A DNA stretch of 64,000 bases from a virus (taxonomy: Duplodnaviria; Caudoviricetes), in IMG/VR virus record IMGVR_UViG_3300005512_000003. One strand, 5' to 3'. Position 1 is the first letter of the stretch. Every line of letters starts with the position of its first letter. The translations under genes and the position numbers were made by a program. Shown piece after piece: positions 21,404 to 31,915 of this stretch. The notes under the pieces are model-generated. The model worked only from the letters and a program-made list of their open reading frames with translations. It searched no databases and was not told the DNA's origin.

Positions 21404-22054
21404 ATGGCAAACTTAAAAACCATCACTAACTTCAAAACCAGATTGGCTGGCGGCGGTGCCCGCCCCAATCTGTTTGAGGTACATATTCCATCATTCCCTG
21501 TTGCTGCAGATGATGCAGACTGGGTATCTGAAGCACAAGAGGACTTCAGATTTATGTGTAAGGCAGCTGCTCTGCCTGCATCAAACAATGGTGTCATCGA
21601 CGTACCTTTCAGAGGTCGTATTCTGAAAGTTGCTGGTGACCGCACCTTTGATACTTGGACAGTTACCATCATCAATGATGAAGACTTCATCATCAGAACT
21701 CAGTTCGAGAAGTGGATGAACGGTATCAACAAACTGACCAACAACTCAGGTGCAACCAATCCCTCTTCCTATATGGTTGATGCTCACGTATCACAACTGG
21801 GCAGAGGTCAGGTTAAAGAAGCAACCACAAACAACGCAACCACTGCAGATCAAACTCCTCTGAGAACATATACCTTCAAGGATATTTTCCCAACGAATAT
21901 TTCTCAGATTGATCTGTCATACGACACTGGCGACACCATCGAAGAATTTACAGTTGAGTTCCAAGTCAACTACTTCACGGTTGGTGGATCCCTTGAAGCA
22001 GCATCTGGTTCTGAGACAACCTCTGGTGATCAGAACGGCAACGTTGTTTCGTAA
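21404..22054 (+). CDS. g19: Tail tube protein gp19
   Basis: GGGARPNLFEV, PFRGR.LKVAGDRTFD.W, IEEFTVEFQ. Confidence 0.97.
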   Translation: MANLKTITNFKTRLAGGGARPNLFEVHIPSFPVAADDADWVSEAQEDFRFMCKAAALPASNNGVIDVPFRGRILKVAGDRTFDTWTVTIINDEDFIIRTQFEKWMNGINKLTNNSGATNPSSYMVDAHVSQLGRGQVKEATTNNATTADQTPLRTYTFKDIFPTNISQIDLSYDTGDTIEEFTVEFQVNYFTVGGSLEAASGSETTSGDQNGNVVS

Positions 22055-22108
22055 TCTCCTGGTTTCGTGGCTTTCTAAATAGTAGAAAGCTACGGACCCT
22101 AACATATA

Positions 22109-23761
22109 ATGGCAAAACTTTTTGGTTTCTCGATTGAGGACAACGAACCAAAATCTCCCACTGCGGTCTCCCCCGTTCCTCCTAATAATGAGGACGGGGT
22201 TGACCATTACTTGAGCAGTGGGTTTTTTGGCAGCTATGTAGATATTGAAGGCGTATATAGAACTGAGTTTGATTTAATCAAACGCTATCGTGAGATGGCA
22301 CTGCACCCAGAAGTGGATAGTGCGATTGAAGATATTGTAAATGAGGCAATCGTTTCAGATACGAATGATTCTCCTGTAGAGATTGAACTTTCAAATCTGA
22401 ATGCAAGCGACGGCATAAAGAAAAAAATCAGAAAAGAATTTAATCATATTCTTGATCTGTTAGATTTTGATAAGAAAGCACACGAAATCTACAGAAACTG
22501 GTATATTGATGGTAGATTATATTACCACAAGGTTATTGATTTAAAGAAACCCGAAGAAGGTATTCAAGAACTTAGATATATTGACGCAATGAAAATGCGT
22601 TTCGTTCGTCAGAATATTAATAAAGGAGAGGATAATCAAAGAAGACTGACAGGTATTGCAAATCAAGATCCTCTTGAATATGCATTTCCTCAAATTGAGG
22701 AGTACTTTATGTACACTCCAAAAGCAATGTATCCAGTGGGTAATCCAAGTGCTGCGAGTGGAACTAAAGGAATCAAGATGTCAAAAGATTCCATCGCTTA
22801 CTGTACATCTGGTCTTGTAGATCGTACAAAAGGATCTACTCTTTCATATCTTCATAAGGCAATCAAAGCAGTCAATCAACTTAGAATGATTGAAGACTCA
22901 TTGGTAATCTACAGATTATCAAGAGCACCAGAGCGTAGAATCTTCTATATTGATGTGGGTAATCTACCCAAAGTCAAGGCAGAACAATATCTGCGTGATG
23001 TTATGACGAGGTATCGTAACAAACTCGTCTATGATGCGAACACTGGAGAGATTCGTGATGATAAAAAATACATGGCAATGCTCGAAGACTTCTGGCTCCC
23101 CAGAAGAGAGGGTGGAAGAGGAACAGAAATCTCAACACTTCCAGGTGGACAAAACCTTGGAGAAATCACTGATATTGAGTACTTTAAGAAGAAACTGTTC
23201 CGTGCGCTTAATGTTCCCCCATCAAGAATGGATGGAGAAGGTGGGTTTAACTTGGGGAGATCTTCTGAGATCCTGAGAGACGAACTCAAGTTCACAAAGT
23301 TTGTTGGTCGTTTAAGAAAGAGATTCTCTAACATGTTCAATGACATGTTGAGAACACAGTTGCTTCTTAAGAATATTGTCACCCCTGAAGATTGGGAGAT
23401 GATGAGTGAGCATATTCAATATGACTTTTTATATGATAATCACTTCTCTGAACTCAAAGATGCAGAGTTGATGACTGAAAGATTAAACCTTGTTCAAACA
23501 GCAGAACCCTACATCGGCAAGTATTATTCTCAGGATTATGTTCGCCGCAAGATTCTCCGTCAAACGGATGTGGAGATCATTGAACAGGATAAGTTAATCG
23601 AAGAAGAGATTGCTGCTGGTATTATTCCTGATCCATATGCACCTGTTGATCCCGAAACAGGTGAACCAATGGATCCCTCTGGCACAAATCTTGGAGATGT
23701 TCCAGTTGAACCAGAAATCGATGGATCTGCCACTGAAGCACCAGAGGGTGGAGAAATCTAA
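22109..23761 (+). CDS. g20: Portal protein gp20
   Basis: RAPERRIFYIDVGNLPK, EDFWLPRREGGRGTEI.TLPGGQNLG. Confidence 0.99.
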   Translation: MAKLFGFSIEDNEPKSPTAVSPVPPNNEDGVDHYLSSGFFGSYVDIEGVYRTEFDLIKRYREMALHPEVDSAIEDIVNEAIVSDTNDSPVEIELSNLNASDGIKKKIRKEFNHILDLLDFDKKAHEIYRNWYIDGRLYYHKVIDLKKPEEGIQELRYIDAMKMRFVRQNINKGEDNQRRLTGIANQDPLEYAFPQIEEYFMYTPKAMYPVGNPSAASGTKGIKMSKDSIAYCTSGLVDRTKGSTLSYLHKAIKAVNQLRMIEDSLVIYRLSRAPERRIFYIDVGNLPKVKAEQYLRDVMTRYRNKLVYDANTGEIRDDKKYMAMLEDFWLPRREGGRGTEISTLPGGQNLGEITDIEYFKKKLFRALNVPPSRMDGEGGFNLGRSSEILRDELKFTKFVGRLRKRFSNMFNDMLRTQLLLKNIVTPEDWEMMSEHIQYDFLYDNHFSELKDAELMTERLNLVQTAEPYIGKYYSQDYVRRKILRQTDVEIIEQDKLIEEEIAAGIIPDPYAPVDPETGEPMDPSGTNLGDVPVEPEIDGSATEAPEGGEI

Positions 23762-23790
23762 TATATACTTTATAGTTTTATACAATAACG

Positions 23791-23976
23791 ATGGACGAAC
23801 TTCTAGATTTAATGATTAGTGATGAGTCACCATCACAGATTAGCGATGAGATTAAAAATGCACTTTTTGCAAAGGCATCCGCTAAGGTCGATGCTTTTAA
23901 ACCAAAAGTAGAACTTGCTCACTTGGGTTTTGATGCACCCGAAGAGCAGGAACCAGAGGTAGACTCTGAAGAATAA
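23791..23976 (+). CDS. Small acidic protein, probable prohead core (gp67-like position)
   Basis: Acidic 61-aa ORF between portal and protease. Confidence 0.55.
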   Translation: MDELLDLMISDESPSQISDEIKNALFAKASAKVDAFKPKVELAHLGFDAPEEQEPEVDSEE

Positions 23977-24006
23977 TAAATAACTAATAATGATTTTGTG
24001 GGCGTA

Positions 24007-24300
24007 ATGTCAAGAGTAAGACTAATTCGTAATCCAGTTGTAGGAACTGGTTCATCAGAAGTTACCCTCGGTACTTCTGCAGGAACCGCAACGTCCGTTA
24101 ATGGTGCAACTGTTTTGAGACTCGTCAACGTTTCTGGTGCGACCAGAAAGGTCACTGTTGTAGATAAAGCAACAGGCGGTATTGGTATTGGTTCTTTCAG
24201 TATGCCAAATAATACTACTGAAACAGTTGAAAAGTTAGCAGCAGATCTCATTTTTGCTAATGGTGCAGTTCTTGCGACCCAAGTAGGATTTACAAACTAA
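24007..24300 (+). CDS. Conserved hypothetical protein upstream of g21
   Basis: ATG start at 24007 preferred; ends VGFTN directly before g21. Confidence 0.6.
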   Translation: MSRVRLIRNPVVGTGSSEVTLGTSAGTATSVNGATVLRLVNVSGATRKVTVVDKATGGIGIGSFSMPNNTTETVEKLAADLIFANGAVLATQVGFTN

Positions 24301-24304
24301 GAAA

Positions 24305-24955
24305 ATGAAACTAATCAGAGAAGAAATCGAATCAGTAGATTTTATCGTTGAAGAAAAGAACGGTAAGAAGTCTCTGTATATCGAAGGAGTTTTCCTTCAA
24401 GGGGATATCAAAAACCGTAATGGTCGTATGTATCCTATGGAGACTCTTCGTCGCGAAGTTTCTCGTTATAACGAATCCAACGTTGTTCCTGGTAGAGCAC
24501 TTGGCGAACTCGGTCACCCCGATGGTCCAACTGTAAACCTAGATCGCGTTTCCCATAAGATTGTTTCTCTGAAAGAAAGTGGTTCAAACTTTGTCGGTAA
24601 GGCAAAGATCTTGAGCACCCCAATGGGTAAAATTGCAGAGTCTCTGATTAAAGAGGGTGTAAAACTGGGCGTTTCTTCTCGTGGTATTGGTTCAATCAGA
24701 GCTGATAGACAGGGAACCAATATCGTAGGTGATGACTTCATGTTAGCAACTGCTGCTGACATCGTTGCTGACCCTTCTGCTCCCGATGCTTTTGTTGAAG
24801 GTATCATGGAAGGGAAGGAATGGGTGTGGGAAGGTGGTTTACTCCGCGAAAGAGCTGCTGCACAAACACAAAAAAGGATCAATACTTTAGTTGGTCAAAG
24901 ACAACTGGACGAGCACAAACTGAGCTTGTTCCAAGACTTTTTAAATAGCATCTGA
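24305..24955 (+). CDS. g21: Prohead protease gp21
   Basis: KNRNGR.YP, ALGELGHP, LGVSSRG.GS, DIVADPSAPDA. Confidence 0.98.
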   Translation: MKLIREEIESVDFIVEEKNGKKSLYIEGVFLQGDIKNRNGRMYPMETLRREVSRYNESNVVPGRALGELGHPDGPTVNLDRVSHKIVSLKESGSNFVGKAKILSTPMGKIAESLIKEGVKLGVSSRGIGSIRADRQGTNIVGDDFMLATAADIVADPSAPDAFVEGIMEGKEWVWEGGLLRERAAAQTQKRINTLVGQRQLDEHKLSLFQDFLNSI

Positions 24956-25039
24956 TTGATCAGAGTGCTGAATATAACTAAAAAGTTTTATTTAATAAAT
25001 AAATATAGATTTAAACAAAGGTAAATCGGAGAGTCTCAA

Positions 25040-26134
25040 ATGTCTAGTGACAATAATTTACAGGAAATGGAAGCAGGCACTAAGCAATCCAAAACTGCTG
25101 TCAACTCTGGCGCTAAACCAGCAGAACCAATGGTAAAACCATCTGGTGCAGAAGTTGAGGACCTTGGCGGTCCAACTCCTGAAAACTACAAGCCAGACGA
25201 TAACTCGGCGGCACTTAAAACTCCTAGTCTTAAGACTGTGAAGGATGCTGTTAATGCTAAGGCAGGTGCAGCAGAACCAATGAAGAAAATGAAGGAAGAA
25301 GAGGAGCTGGAGACAGAAGACACTATCGAAGAAGAAATCGTTGATGAAATCAACGACGAATCTGAAGAGTTTGTTGAAGAAGTTTCCGAAGATTCTGAAG
25401 AAGAGTATAGCATCGAAGAGGATGTTAATGCACTTCTGGGTGACGAAGAACTCTCCGAAGAATTCAAAGATAAGGCAAAACTTATTTTTGAATCTGCCCT
25501 TAAATCAAAAGTTGCAGAAATCAAAGAGCAACTGGAAGCTCAATACGAGGAAAAACTCATTGAGCAGGTTGCAGAAAATACTGCAGAACTCGCAGAGCGA
25601 GTAGATTCATATCTTGAGTATGTTGCAGAAGAGTGGTTCACTGAGAACCAACTCGTGATCGAGCAAGCACTCAAGACTGAGATGACCGAATCATTCCTTC
25701 AAGGTTTGAGAGGTCTTTTTGAAGATCATTATGTATCAATCCCTGAAGATAAATATGATGTGCTTGAGAGCATGGTAGAAAAACTTGATGACATGGAGAC
25801 AAAACTCAACGAGCAGATCGATAAGAATATTACTTTAAACAAGCGTCTCTCGGAGTCGGTTGCTGAAGGTATCTTTGAACAAGTCTCTGCTGGTCTTGCA
25901 CAGACCCAGAGAGAGAAGCTCGCTTCACTTGCCGAAAGTGTTGAGTTTGAAAGTGAAACAACATATCGTGAAAAGCTGGAAACCCTGAAAGAGTCATATT
26001 TCTCTTCTAAGGTTTCTGCTCCTGCTGGTAAAACCGAATCCCTTTCTGAGGGTGTAGACACTGCACATAGTGAGTCTTACTCACCTTCCATGTCGGCATA
26101 CCTGAGAACCCTCGGTTCATTCAGCAAGTCCTGA
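25040..26134 (+). CDS. g22: Prohead scaffold protein gp22
   Basis: Acidic coiled coil; LSEEFK.KA..IFE, VD.YL.YV.EEW; located between g21 and g23. Confidence 0.93.
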   Translation: MSSDNNLQEMEAGTKQSKTAVNSGAKPAEPMVKPSGAEVEDLGGPTPENYKPDDNSAALKTPSLKTVKDAVNAKAGAAEPMKKMKEEEELETEDTIEEEIVDEINDESEEFVEEVSEDSEEEYSIEEDVNALLGDEELSEEFKDKAKLIFESALKSKVAEIKEQLEAQYEEKLIEQVAENTAELAERVDSYLEYVAEEWFTENQLVIEQALKTEMTESFLQGLRGLFEDHYVSIPEDKYDVLESMVEKLDDMETKLNEQIDKNITLNKRLSESVAEGIFEQVSAGLAQTQREKLASLAESVEFESETTYREKLETLKESYFSSKVSAPAGKTESLSEGVDTAHSESYSPSMSAYLRTLGSFSKS

Positions 26135-26181
26135 ATTTAACATTAAATCAAACGTAAACATTCCCCCAAAGGTAAAAGCAA

Positions 26182-27603
26182 ATGTTCCAATCAGAGCATC
26201 TGCAGGAAAAGTGGGCACCTCTCCTCAACTATGAGGGTCTTGATGCAATCAAAGATTCGCACAGAAGAGCAGTAACCGCCGTCCTGCTGGAAAACCAAGA
26301 AAAGTTCCAAAGAGAGCAAAACGCTTTCGCTGAGTCAGGTTCATTCCTGACCGAAACTCCTACCAACGCTGTTGGTAATGGTGGTTTCACTGGCAGCTCT
26401 GCTGCTGCTGGTCCTACCGCTGGTTTCGACCCCGTTCTGATCTCCCTGATCAGACGCTCTATGCCTAACCTGGTCGCTTATGACCTGGCTGGCGTTCAAC
26501 CAATGTCTGGTCCTACTGGACTCATCTTCGCGATGCGTTCGCGCTATGTCAATCAATCTGGCACCGAAGCATTCTTCGACGAAGCAGATACCGCATTCTC
26601 TGGTCAACCCCAGGGTCGCGACGACGCTAACGGTTTCTCTGACGTTACCGCAGGTCTGGGTACTACTTCACAGACTGGCACTAACCCCTCACTTCTGAAT
26701 CCCGTAGGCACCGCTTCCTCGACCGCATATGATGTCGGTCAAGGTATGCGTACCGACTCTGCTGAAGCACTGGATGGCACAGGCAATGATGCCTTCAACC
26801 AGATGGCATTCAGCATCGAGAAGGTCACCGTAACCGCTAAGTCCAGAGCACTGAAGGCAGAGTACAGCCTTGAGCTTGCACAGGACCTGAAGGCAATCCA
26901 CGGTCTGAACGCTGAAGCGGAACTCGCAAACATTCTCTCCACTGAGATTCTTGCTGAGATCAACCGCGAAGTCATCAGAACCATCTACAAGGTTGCTGAG
27001 CAAGGTGCTGTTTCTAACACCGCTACCGCTGGTGTATTTGACCTCGACGTTGACTCCAACGGTCGCTGGAGTGTTGAGAAGTTCAAGGGTCTCCTGTTCC
27101 AAATCGAGCGCGATGCAAACGCAATCGCACAAAGAACTCGTCGCGGAAAGGGCAACATCATCATGTGCTCTGCAGACGTTGCTTCTGCACTGACCATGGC
27201 TGGTGTTCTCGATTACACCCCTGCACTCAACGCTAACCTCAACGTTGATGACACTGGTAACACCTTCGCTGGTGTTCTGCAAGGTAAGTATCGCGTCTAT
27301 ATCGATCCTTATTCTGCAAACCTGTCGGCTGCTAATGCTGCTACCAACTCTGGTAACCAGTACTACGTTGTCGGTTATAAGGGTACTTCTCCTTATGACG
27401 CAGGTCTGTTCTACTGCCCATACGTTCCCCTTCAGATGGTTCGTGCAGTTGGCGAGAACAGCTTCCAACCCAAGATCGGCTTCAAGACCCGCTACGGTCT
27501 GGTTGCAAACCCCTTCGCAGAAGGAACCACTGGTGGTCTGGGTCGCCTGCAAGTCAACAGCAACCGCTACTACAGACGTGTTGCCGTGAAGAACTTGATG
27601 TGA
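26182..27603 (+). CDS. g23: Major capsid protein gp23
   Basis: GVQPMSGPTGLIFAMRSRY, SRALKAEYS.ELAQDLKAIHG, FQPKIGFKTRYG. Confidence 0.99.
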   Translation: MFQSEHLQEKWAPLLNYEGLDAIKDSHRRAVTAVLLENQEKFQREQNAFAESGSFLTETPTNAVGNGGFTGSSAAAGPTAGFDPVLISLIRRSMPNLVAYDLAGVQPMSGPTGLIFAMRSRYVNQSGTEAFFDEADTAFSGQPQGRDDANGFSDVTAGLGTTSQTGTNPSLLNPVGTASSTAYDVGQGMRTDSAEALDGTGNDAFNQMAFSIEKVTVTAKSRALKAEYSLELAQDLKAIHGLNAEAELANILSTEILAEINREVIRTIYKVAEQGAVSNTATAGVFDLDVDSNGRWSVEKFKGLLFQIERDANAIAQRTRRGKGNIIMCSADVASALTMAGVLDYTPALNANLNVDDTGNTFAGVLQGKYRVYIDPYSANLSAANAATNSGNQYYVVGYKGTSPYDAGLFYCPYVPLQMVRAVGENSFQPKIGFKTRYGLVANPFAEGTTGGLGRLQVNSNRYYRRVAVKNLM

Positions 27604-27629
27604 TCCATTCGGTTCACACCGTTCTTTTC

Positions 27630-27655
27630 AGAGGTCCTTCGGGACCTCTTTTTTT
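27630..27655 (+). terminator. Intrinsic terminator after g23
   Basis: AGAGGTCC-TTCG-GGACCTCT plus T run (cUUCGg tetraloop). Confidence 0.92.
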
Positions 27656-27692
27656 GTCCTAAATATTCAGATGAAGACCTGCGTTTTACCCA

Positions 27693-28277
27693 ATGGCAAT
27701 ATCAGCATTTGATTCGCAAATACAGAATAGAAACTTTTTGCAACCTACTGGGTTTAAGTTTACGCTCAATAGGAGTCCAAAAACATCATTCTTTTGCCAA
27801 TCAGCGAACATTCCAGGAATGACTCTTGGAGTTGCCGCTCAACCATCATACTTGAGAGATATTCCAACACCTGGAGATAAGATTGAGTTTGAAGATTTAA
27901 ATCTTCGTTTTTTGGTTGATGAAAATTTAGAAAACTATATGGAGATCTATACTTGGATTAGAGGTTTAGGTTTTCCAGAATCACTACAAGAAATATACGA
28001 CTTACAGACTGAACGCAAGAGAAAGTATCAAGATAAAAGAGGTATAAACGATGTAGATGGAATGGATATCTATTCCGATGGAACTCTTATGGTTTTGAAC
28101 AGTACACAAAACCTAGAATTTAAGGTTGCATTTGAAGATTTATTTCCCTACAGTTTGTCAACTATTCAGTTCGATGCTACAGATACTGAGATAGAATACT
28201 TTACAGCAGAGGTCACTTTCAAGTATACTATATTCCATATAGTCGATACTCAAAATAAACGATTGCACCCTAGATGA
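27693..28277 (+). CDS. g3: Tail tube terminator / tail completion protein gp3
   Basis: NRNFL.P.GFKF, FF.QSANIPG, FLVDENLENY.EI..W. Confidence 0.88.
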   Translation: MAISAFDSQIQNRNFLQPTGFKFTLNRSPKTSFFCQSANIPGMTLGVAAQPSYLRDIPTPGDKIEFEDLNLRFLVDENLENYMEIYTWIRGLGFPESLQEIYDLQTERKRKYQDKRGINDVDGMDIYSDGTLMVLNSTQNLEFKVAFEDLFPYSLSTIQFDATDTEIEYFTAEVTFKYTIFHIVDTQNKRLHPR

Positions 28278-28711
28278 TTGATCTTGATTCGATTCAAAGT
28301 ATGTGGTTAAAAGATTCGTCCATGGATATGGACAATCTACACGAAGAGTCAACTCTTAAGACAAACGCACTTCACGCCAAATACTTTGAAATATATAATA
28401 ACATTCAACTTCTAAAAAAGAAAGCAGAACAACAGAAGAAAAATATTCGCCATCAGAGGTATGAATATTATTCTGGAAAAGCAGATCCTGATGTTTACAT
28501 TGAGGATCCCTTTCCGAAGAAGATTCGTGATAAAGACACGATGCAAAAATATCTTGATGCTGACGAAAAACTTTCAAACGTTAGTATGAAAATCGAATAC
28601 TATGATGTAATGCTTAACTACATTGAGAGTATTCTTAGACAAATATCTAATCGCACATATCAGATTAAAAATGCGATTGACTTTATGAAGTTTCAGGCAG
28701 GACTTGGTTAA
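28274..28711 (+). CDS. uvsY: Recombination mediator UvsY
   Basis: LHAKY, YEYYSGKA, YLDAD, NR.YQIKNAI.F.KF.AG. Confidence 0.92.
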   Translation: MIDLDSIQSMWLKDSSMDMDNLHEESTLKTNALHAKYFEIYNNIQLLKKKAEQQKKNIRHQRYEYYSGKADPDVYIEDPFPKKIRDKDTMQKYLDADEKLSNVSMKIEYYDVMLNYIESILRQISNRTYQIKNAIDFMKFQAGLG

Positions 28712-29340
28712 TGAAAGGTAGAGAAGCAGACTATCCAAATCATGGATGGATCATCACAAAACTAGATCAAGAACATATTGATTTTCTCTGGAAAGCAGTA
28801 AAAAATAAAAAGGATTCTCTCAAATGGGATTTGATCGGAAATATTTCTGGTAGTTATATCATTGAGGATAAAGATCATTATTTTTTCAATGAGGTTTTAT
28901 CTCAACACGTAGAAGCATATAAAAAACTTTATCAATCTGAACCGATTAGACAATATGCTTATAGTGAAAGTAATGAAGCAAAATTACAACTAGGAAACTT
29001 TTGGGTAAACTACCAAAACAAACACGAGTTTAATCCATATCATCATCACGGTGGGGTCTATTCCTTTGTAGTGTGGATGAAAATTCCTACTCACTGGAAA
29101 GATCAACACAAACTTGAGTTTTTAAATGGAGTAAAAGAAGACGACAAGAAGGCAGGAAACTTTGAGTTTGAGTACCTTGATATTCTTGGAAATATTCGCA
29201 ACTTTGGGTACAGAATGGAACCAGACCTTGAAGGAACTATGCTATTCTTCCCAGCATCTCTGAGACATACGGTATATCCCTTCTATGATTGCGACGAACA
29301 ACGAATTTCGATCTCTGGAAATCTAGTTGTAACTGTGTGA
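28711..29340 (+). CDS. 2OG-Fe(II) oxygenase-family protein
   Basis: WVNYQ...EFNP.H.H.G..SFV, FP..L.H.V.PF, RISISGN. Confidence 0.85.
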   Translation: MKGREADYPNHGWIITKLDQEHIDFLWKAVKNKKDSLKWDLIGNISGSYIIEDKDHYFFNEVLSQHVEAYKKLYQSEPIRQYAYSESNEAKLQLGNFWVNYQNKHEFNPYHHHGGVYSFVVWMKIPTHWKDQHKLEFLNGVKEDDKKAGNFEFEYLDILGNIRNFGYRMEPDLEGTMLFFPASLRHTVYPFYDCDEQRISISGNLVVTV

Positions 29341-29368
29341 GTAAATAGTAGTATGATGCATTGAAAAT

Positions 29369-30838
29369 GTGAATACTACAGATCTAGTCATCTCTAAATC
29401 AAACGAAGTCTTTCTCAAGATCTCTACAGAACCACACATCGAATATGAGTTAAGAGACCACTTTAAGTTTGAGGTCCCTAATGCTAAGTTTATGCCACAG
29501 TATCGTGGTAGGAATTGGAATGGAGAGATTCATCTATTTGATATGAGATCAAAGCAGATCTATATTGGTCTGTTGGATAAGGTTGTAAGTTTTTGTAAGC
29601 AATACGGATATAGTTACAGTTTTCAGGACAATAAGTTCTACGGTCTTCCCTATGAAGAGAATGAACACATCTCTGAGGAAGGTGTCAAGGATTACATGCA
29701 CTCCATATGTGCCCATACTCCCAGGAAATACCAGATTGAGGGAGTATATGGTGCCCTAAAGCATAATAGAAAACTATTGATATCTCCCACTGCTTCTGGC
29801 AAATCGTTGATGATCTATTCTCTCGTAAGATATTATGTTGACAAAGGGCAAAAAATTCTCTTAGTTGTTCCGACGACATCTCTCGTAGAACAGATGTATA
29901 AAGATTTTCTTGATTATGGTTGGAATGCTGATTCATATTGCCACCGTATTTACTCAGGTAGGGAAAAGACTAATGATGCACCAGTTACAATCACGACGTG
30001 GCAATCAATCTATAAGTTAGATCGTTCTTTCTTTGAGGATTTCAATGTTGTGATTGGTGATGAGGCTCACTTGTTCAAAAGTAAGTCTCTAATATCTATT
30101 ATGACGAAGTTACACCATGCTAAGTATAGATTCGGGTTCACAGGAACTTTAGACGGCACACAGACGCATAAGTGGGTGTTAGAGGGACTGTTTGGACCGT
30201 CATACAAGGTTACCAGAACATCGGAGTTAATGCAACAGGGACATCTCTCAAAGTTAGATATTAACTGCCTAGTTTTGAAGCATACTCCACGTAAGTTTGA
30301 GACATACAATGATGAGATTGAATATTTGATTTCACATTCTCAAAGGAATAAGTTTATCACAAATCTGACGCTTGATCTTAAAGGAAATACTTTGGTTCTT
30401 TTCAGTAGAGTTGCTGCTCATGGAGAACCACTTTTTGAAATGATAAATAAATTCAAAGGCGGTGATCGTAAAGTATTTTTTGTTCACGGTGGCGTTGACA
30501 CAGAGGATCGAGAACAAGTTCGGGAAATCACTGAAAGAGAATCAAACGCTATTATTGTCGCCTCTTACGGAACCTTTTCAACTGGCATTAACATCAAAAA
30601 CTTACATAACGTTATTTTTGCATCTCCTAGTAAATCAAGAGTAAGAAACTTACAATCAATCGGGAGAGTCCTCAGAAAAGGTAAAAACAAAACAAAAGCA
30701 ATATTGTATGACATCGGTGACGACTGTACACACAACTCAAAAAAGAACTACACTCTTAACCATTTGATTGAAAGAATCAAAATCTACAATGAAGAAAATT
30801 TCAACTATGATATTGTTACGATAAACTTAAAAGACTAG
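29369..30838 (+). CDS. uvsW: DNA helicase UvsW
   Basis: SPTASGKS, DEAH, GFTGT, QSIGRVLR SF2 motifs. Confidence 0.97.
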   Translation: MNTTDLVISKSNEVFLKISTEPHIEYELRDHFKFEVPNAKFMPQYRGRNWNGEIHLFDMRSKQIYIGLLDKVVSFCKQYGYSYSFQDNKFYGLPYEENEHISEEGVKDYMHSICAHTPRKYQIEGVYGALKHNRKLLISPTASGKSLMIYSLVRYYVDKGQKILLVVPTTSLVEQMYKDFLDYGWNADSYCHRIYSGREKTNDAPVTITTWQSIYKLDRSFFEDFNVVIGDEAHLFKSKSLISIMTKLHHAKYRFGFTGTLDGTQTHKWVLEGLFGPSYKVTRTSELMQQGHLSKLDINCLVLKHTPRKFETYNDEIEYLISHSQRNKFITNLTLDLKGNTLVLFSRVAAHGEPLFEMINKFKGGDRKVFFVHGGVDTEDREQVREITERESNAIIVASYGTFSTGINIKNLHNVIFASPSKSRVRNLQSIGRVLRKGKNKTKAILYDIGDDCTHNSKKNYTLNHLIERIKIYNEENFNYDIVTINLKD

Positions 30839-30847
30839 GAGGTCTTT

Positions 30848-31249
30848 ATGGGAATAGAAGACGATTTTTACGCAACTATCAAACTAGTATCAGGTGAAGA
30901 GATCTTTGCCAAAGTTGCTGCTTCTGAAGAAGAAGATCGCACTGTATTACTTCTTTCCAGTCCCATCACCATTGGTGAGATCAAAAATAGAATGGGAGTA
31001 GTCGGATATAAGGTAGAGCCTTGGTTGAAAACAACCAAGGATGACTTATTCGTCATCACTATGGATAAAGTTTTAACTATGTCTGAGACTGATGATATTG
31101 ATATGATTATGATGTACCAAAGATTCTTGAAAGACTCTACAGGAGATTCAGATCCAGTTGCATCATCTAAACTCTCTAGAGAAATGGGTCTTTTGGGGAA
31201 TATTGACGATACGAAGAAGAGACTAGAGAAACTCTTTAAGAGTAGTTAA
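30848..31249 (+). CDS. Conserved Sm-like-fold hypothetical protein
   Basis: ATIKL.SGEEIFAKV, PW motif; position between uvsW and g55. Confidence 0.65.
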   Translation: MGIEDDFYATIKLVSGEEIFAKVAASEEEDRTVLLLSSPITIGEIKNRMGVVGYKVEPWLKTTKDDLFVITMDKVLTMSETDDIDMIMMYQRFLKDSTGDSDPVASSKLSREMGLLGNIDDTKKRLEKLFKSS

Positions 31250-31284
31250 TAACTTAAAGCTTCTCTATCAACCCTAGCAAAGGT

Positions 31285-31314
31285 ATTATAGTCATATTTG
31301 AGTACCCTTGTCAA
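31285..31314 (-). promoter_or_regulatory. Antisense sigma70-consensus promoter TTGACA-N18-TATAAT
   Basis: + strand ATTATA (31285-90) and TGTCAA (31309-14); points back into the uvsW/late region. Confidence 0.55.
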
Positions 31315-31372
31315 CTCTTGTCAGTTATTGAGAACATTGGTATAATATTGATATTATAAATCAGATATATTA

Positions 31373-31915
31373 ATGATTACCTCCCCTACAACAATGCCAC
31401 GCAGAAAAAGATCCGAACATTACGTCAATAACAAAGAATTTCTAGAAGCATTGGTTCTTCATAGGAAGAAGGTAGAAGAGAACTTTTATGCTCAGTTTGG
31501 TAGAGAACCTACCAAAGAAGACAGAGCAAAACGATGGGAAGGAAAACCACCCATCTCTAACTACCTTGGAGAGTGCTTCCTGAAGATTGCTACTCACCTG
31601 TCATTCAAACCAAACTTTGTGAACTACATGTTCAAAGATGATATGGTCTGTGATGGCATTGAGAACTGCGTGCTGTATGTCCATAACTTCGATCCTAGTA
31701 AGTCTTCCAACCCATTTGCTTACTTCACTCAGATTATTCACTACGCCTTCTTGAGACGCATTCAGAAGGAGAAGAAGCAACTGGAGATCAAGAACAAGAT
31801 CCTTGAAAGGACTGGTTATGAAGAGGTGTTTGTAGACAACAATACCATTGACGGAAACAACTATTCCGACTACAATAGCATTAAAGATGCGATTCACTCT
31901 AAACTCCGTTATTGA
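31373..31915 (+). CDS. g55: Late transcription sigma factor gp55
   Basis: HYVNNKEFL.AL, Y.GECFLKIA.HLS.KPNF.NY, NPFAYFTQI..YAFLRRI.KEK. Confidence 0.97.
   Translation: MITSPTTMPRRKRSEHYVNNKEFLEALVLHRKKVEENFYAQFGREPTKEDRAKRWEGKPPISNYLGECFLKIATHLSFKPNFVNYMFKDDMVCDGIENCVLYVHNFDPSKSSNPFAYFTQIIHYAFLRRIQKEKKQLEIKNKILERTGYEEVFVDNNTIDGNNYSDYNSIKDAIHSKLRY

Noticed and set aside
26689-27552. 287-aa minus-strand ORF within g23, and similar ORFs at 582-1346, 37831-38682 and 60540-61094
   Set aside because: Antisense shadows of codon-biased genes; no motifs or expression signals.
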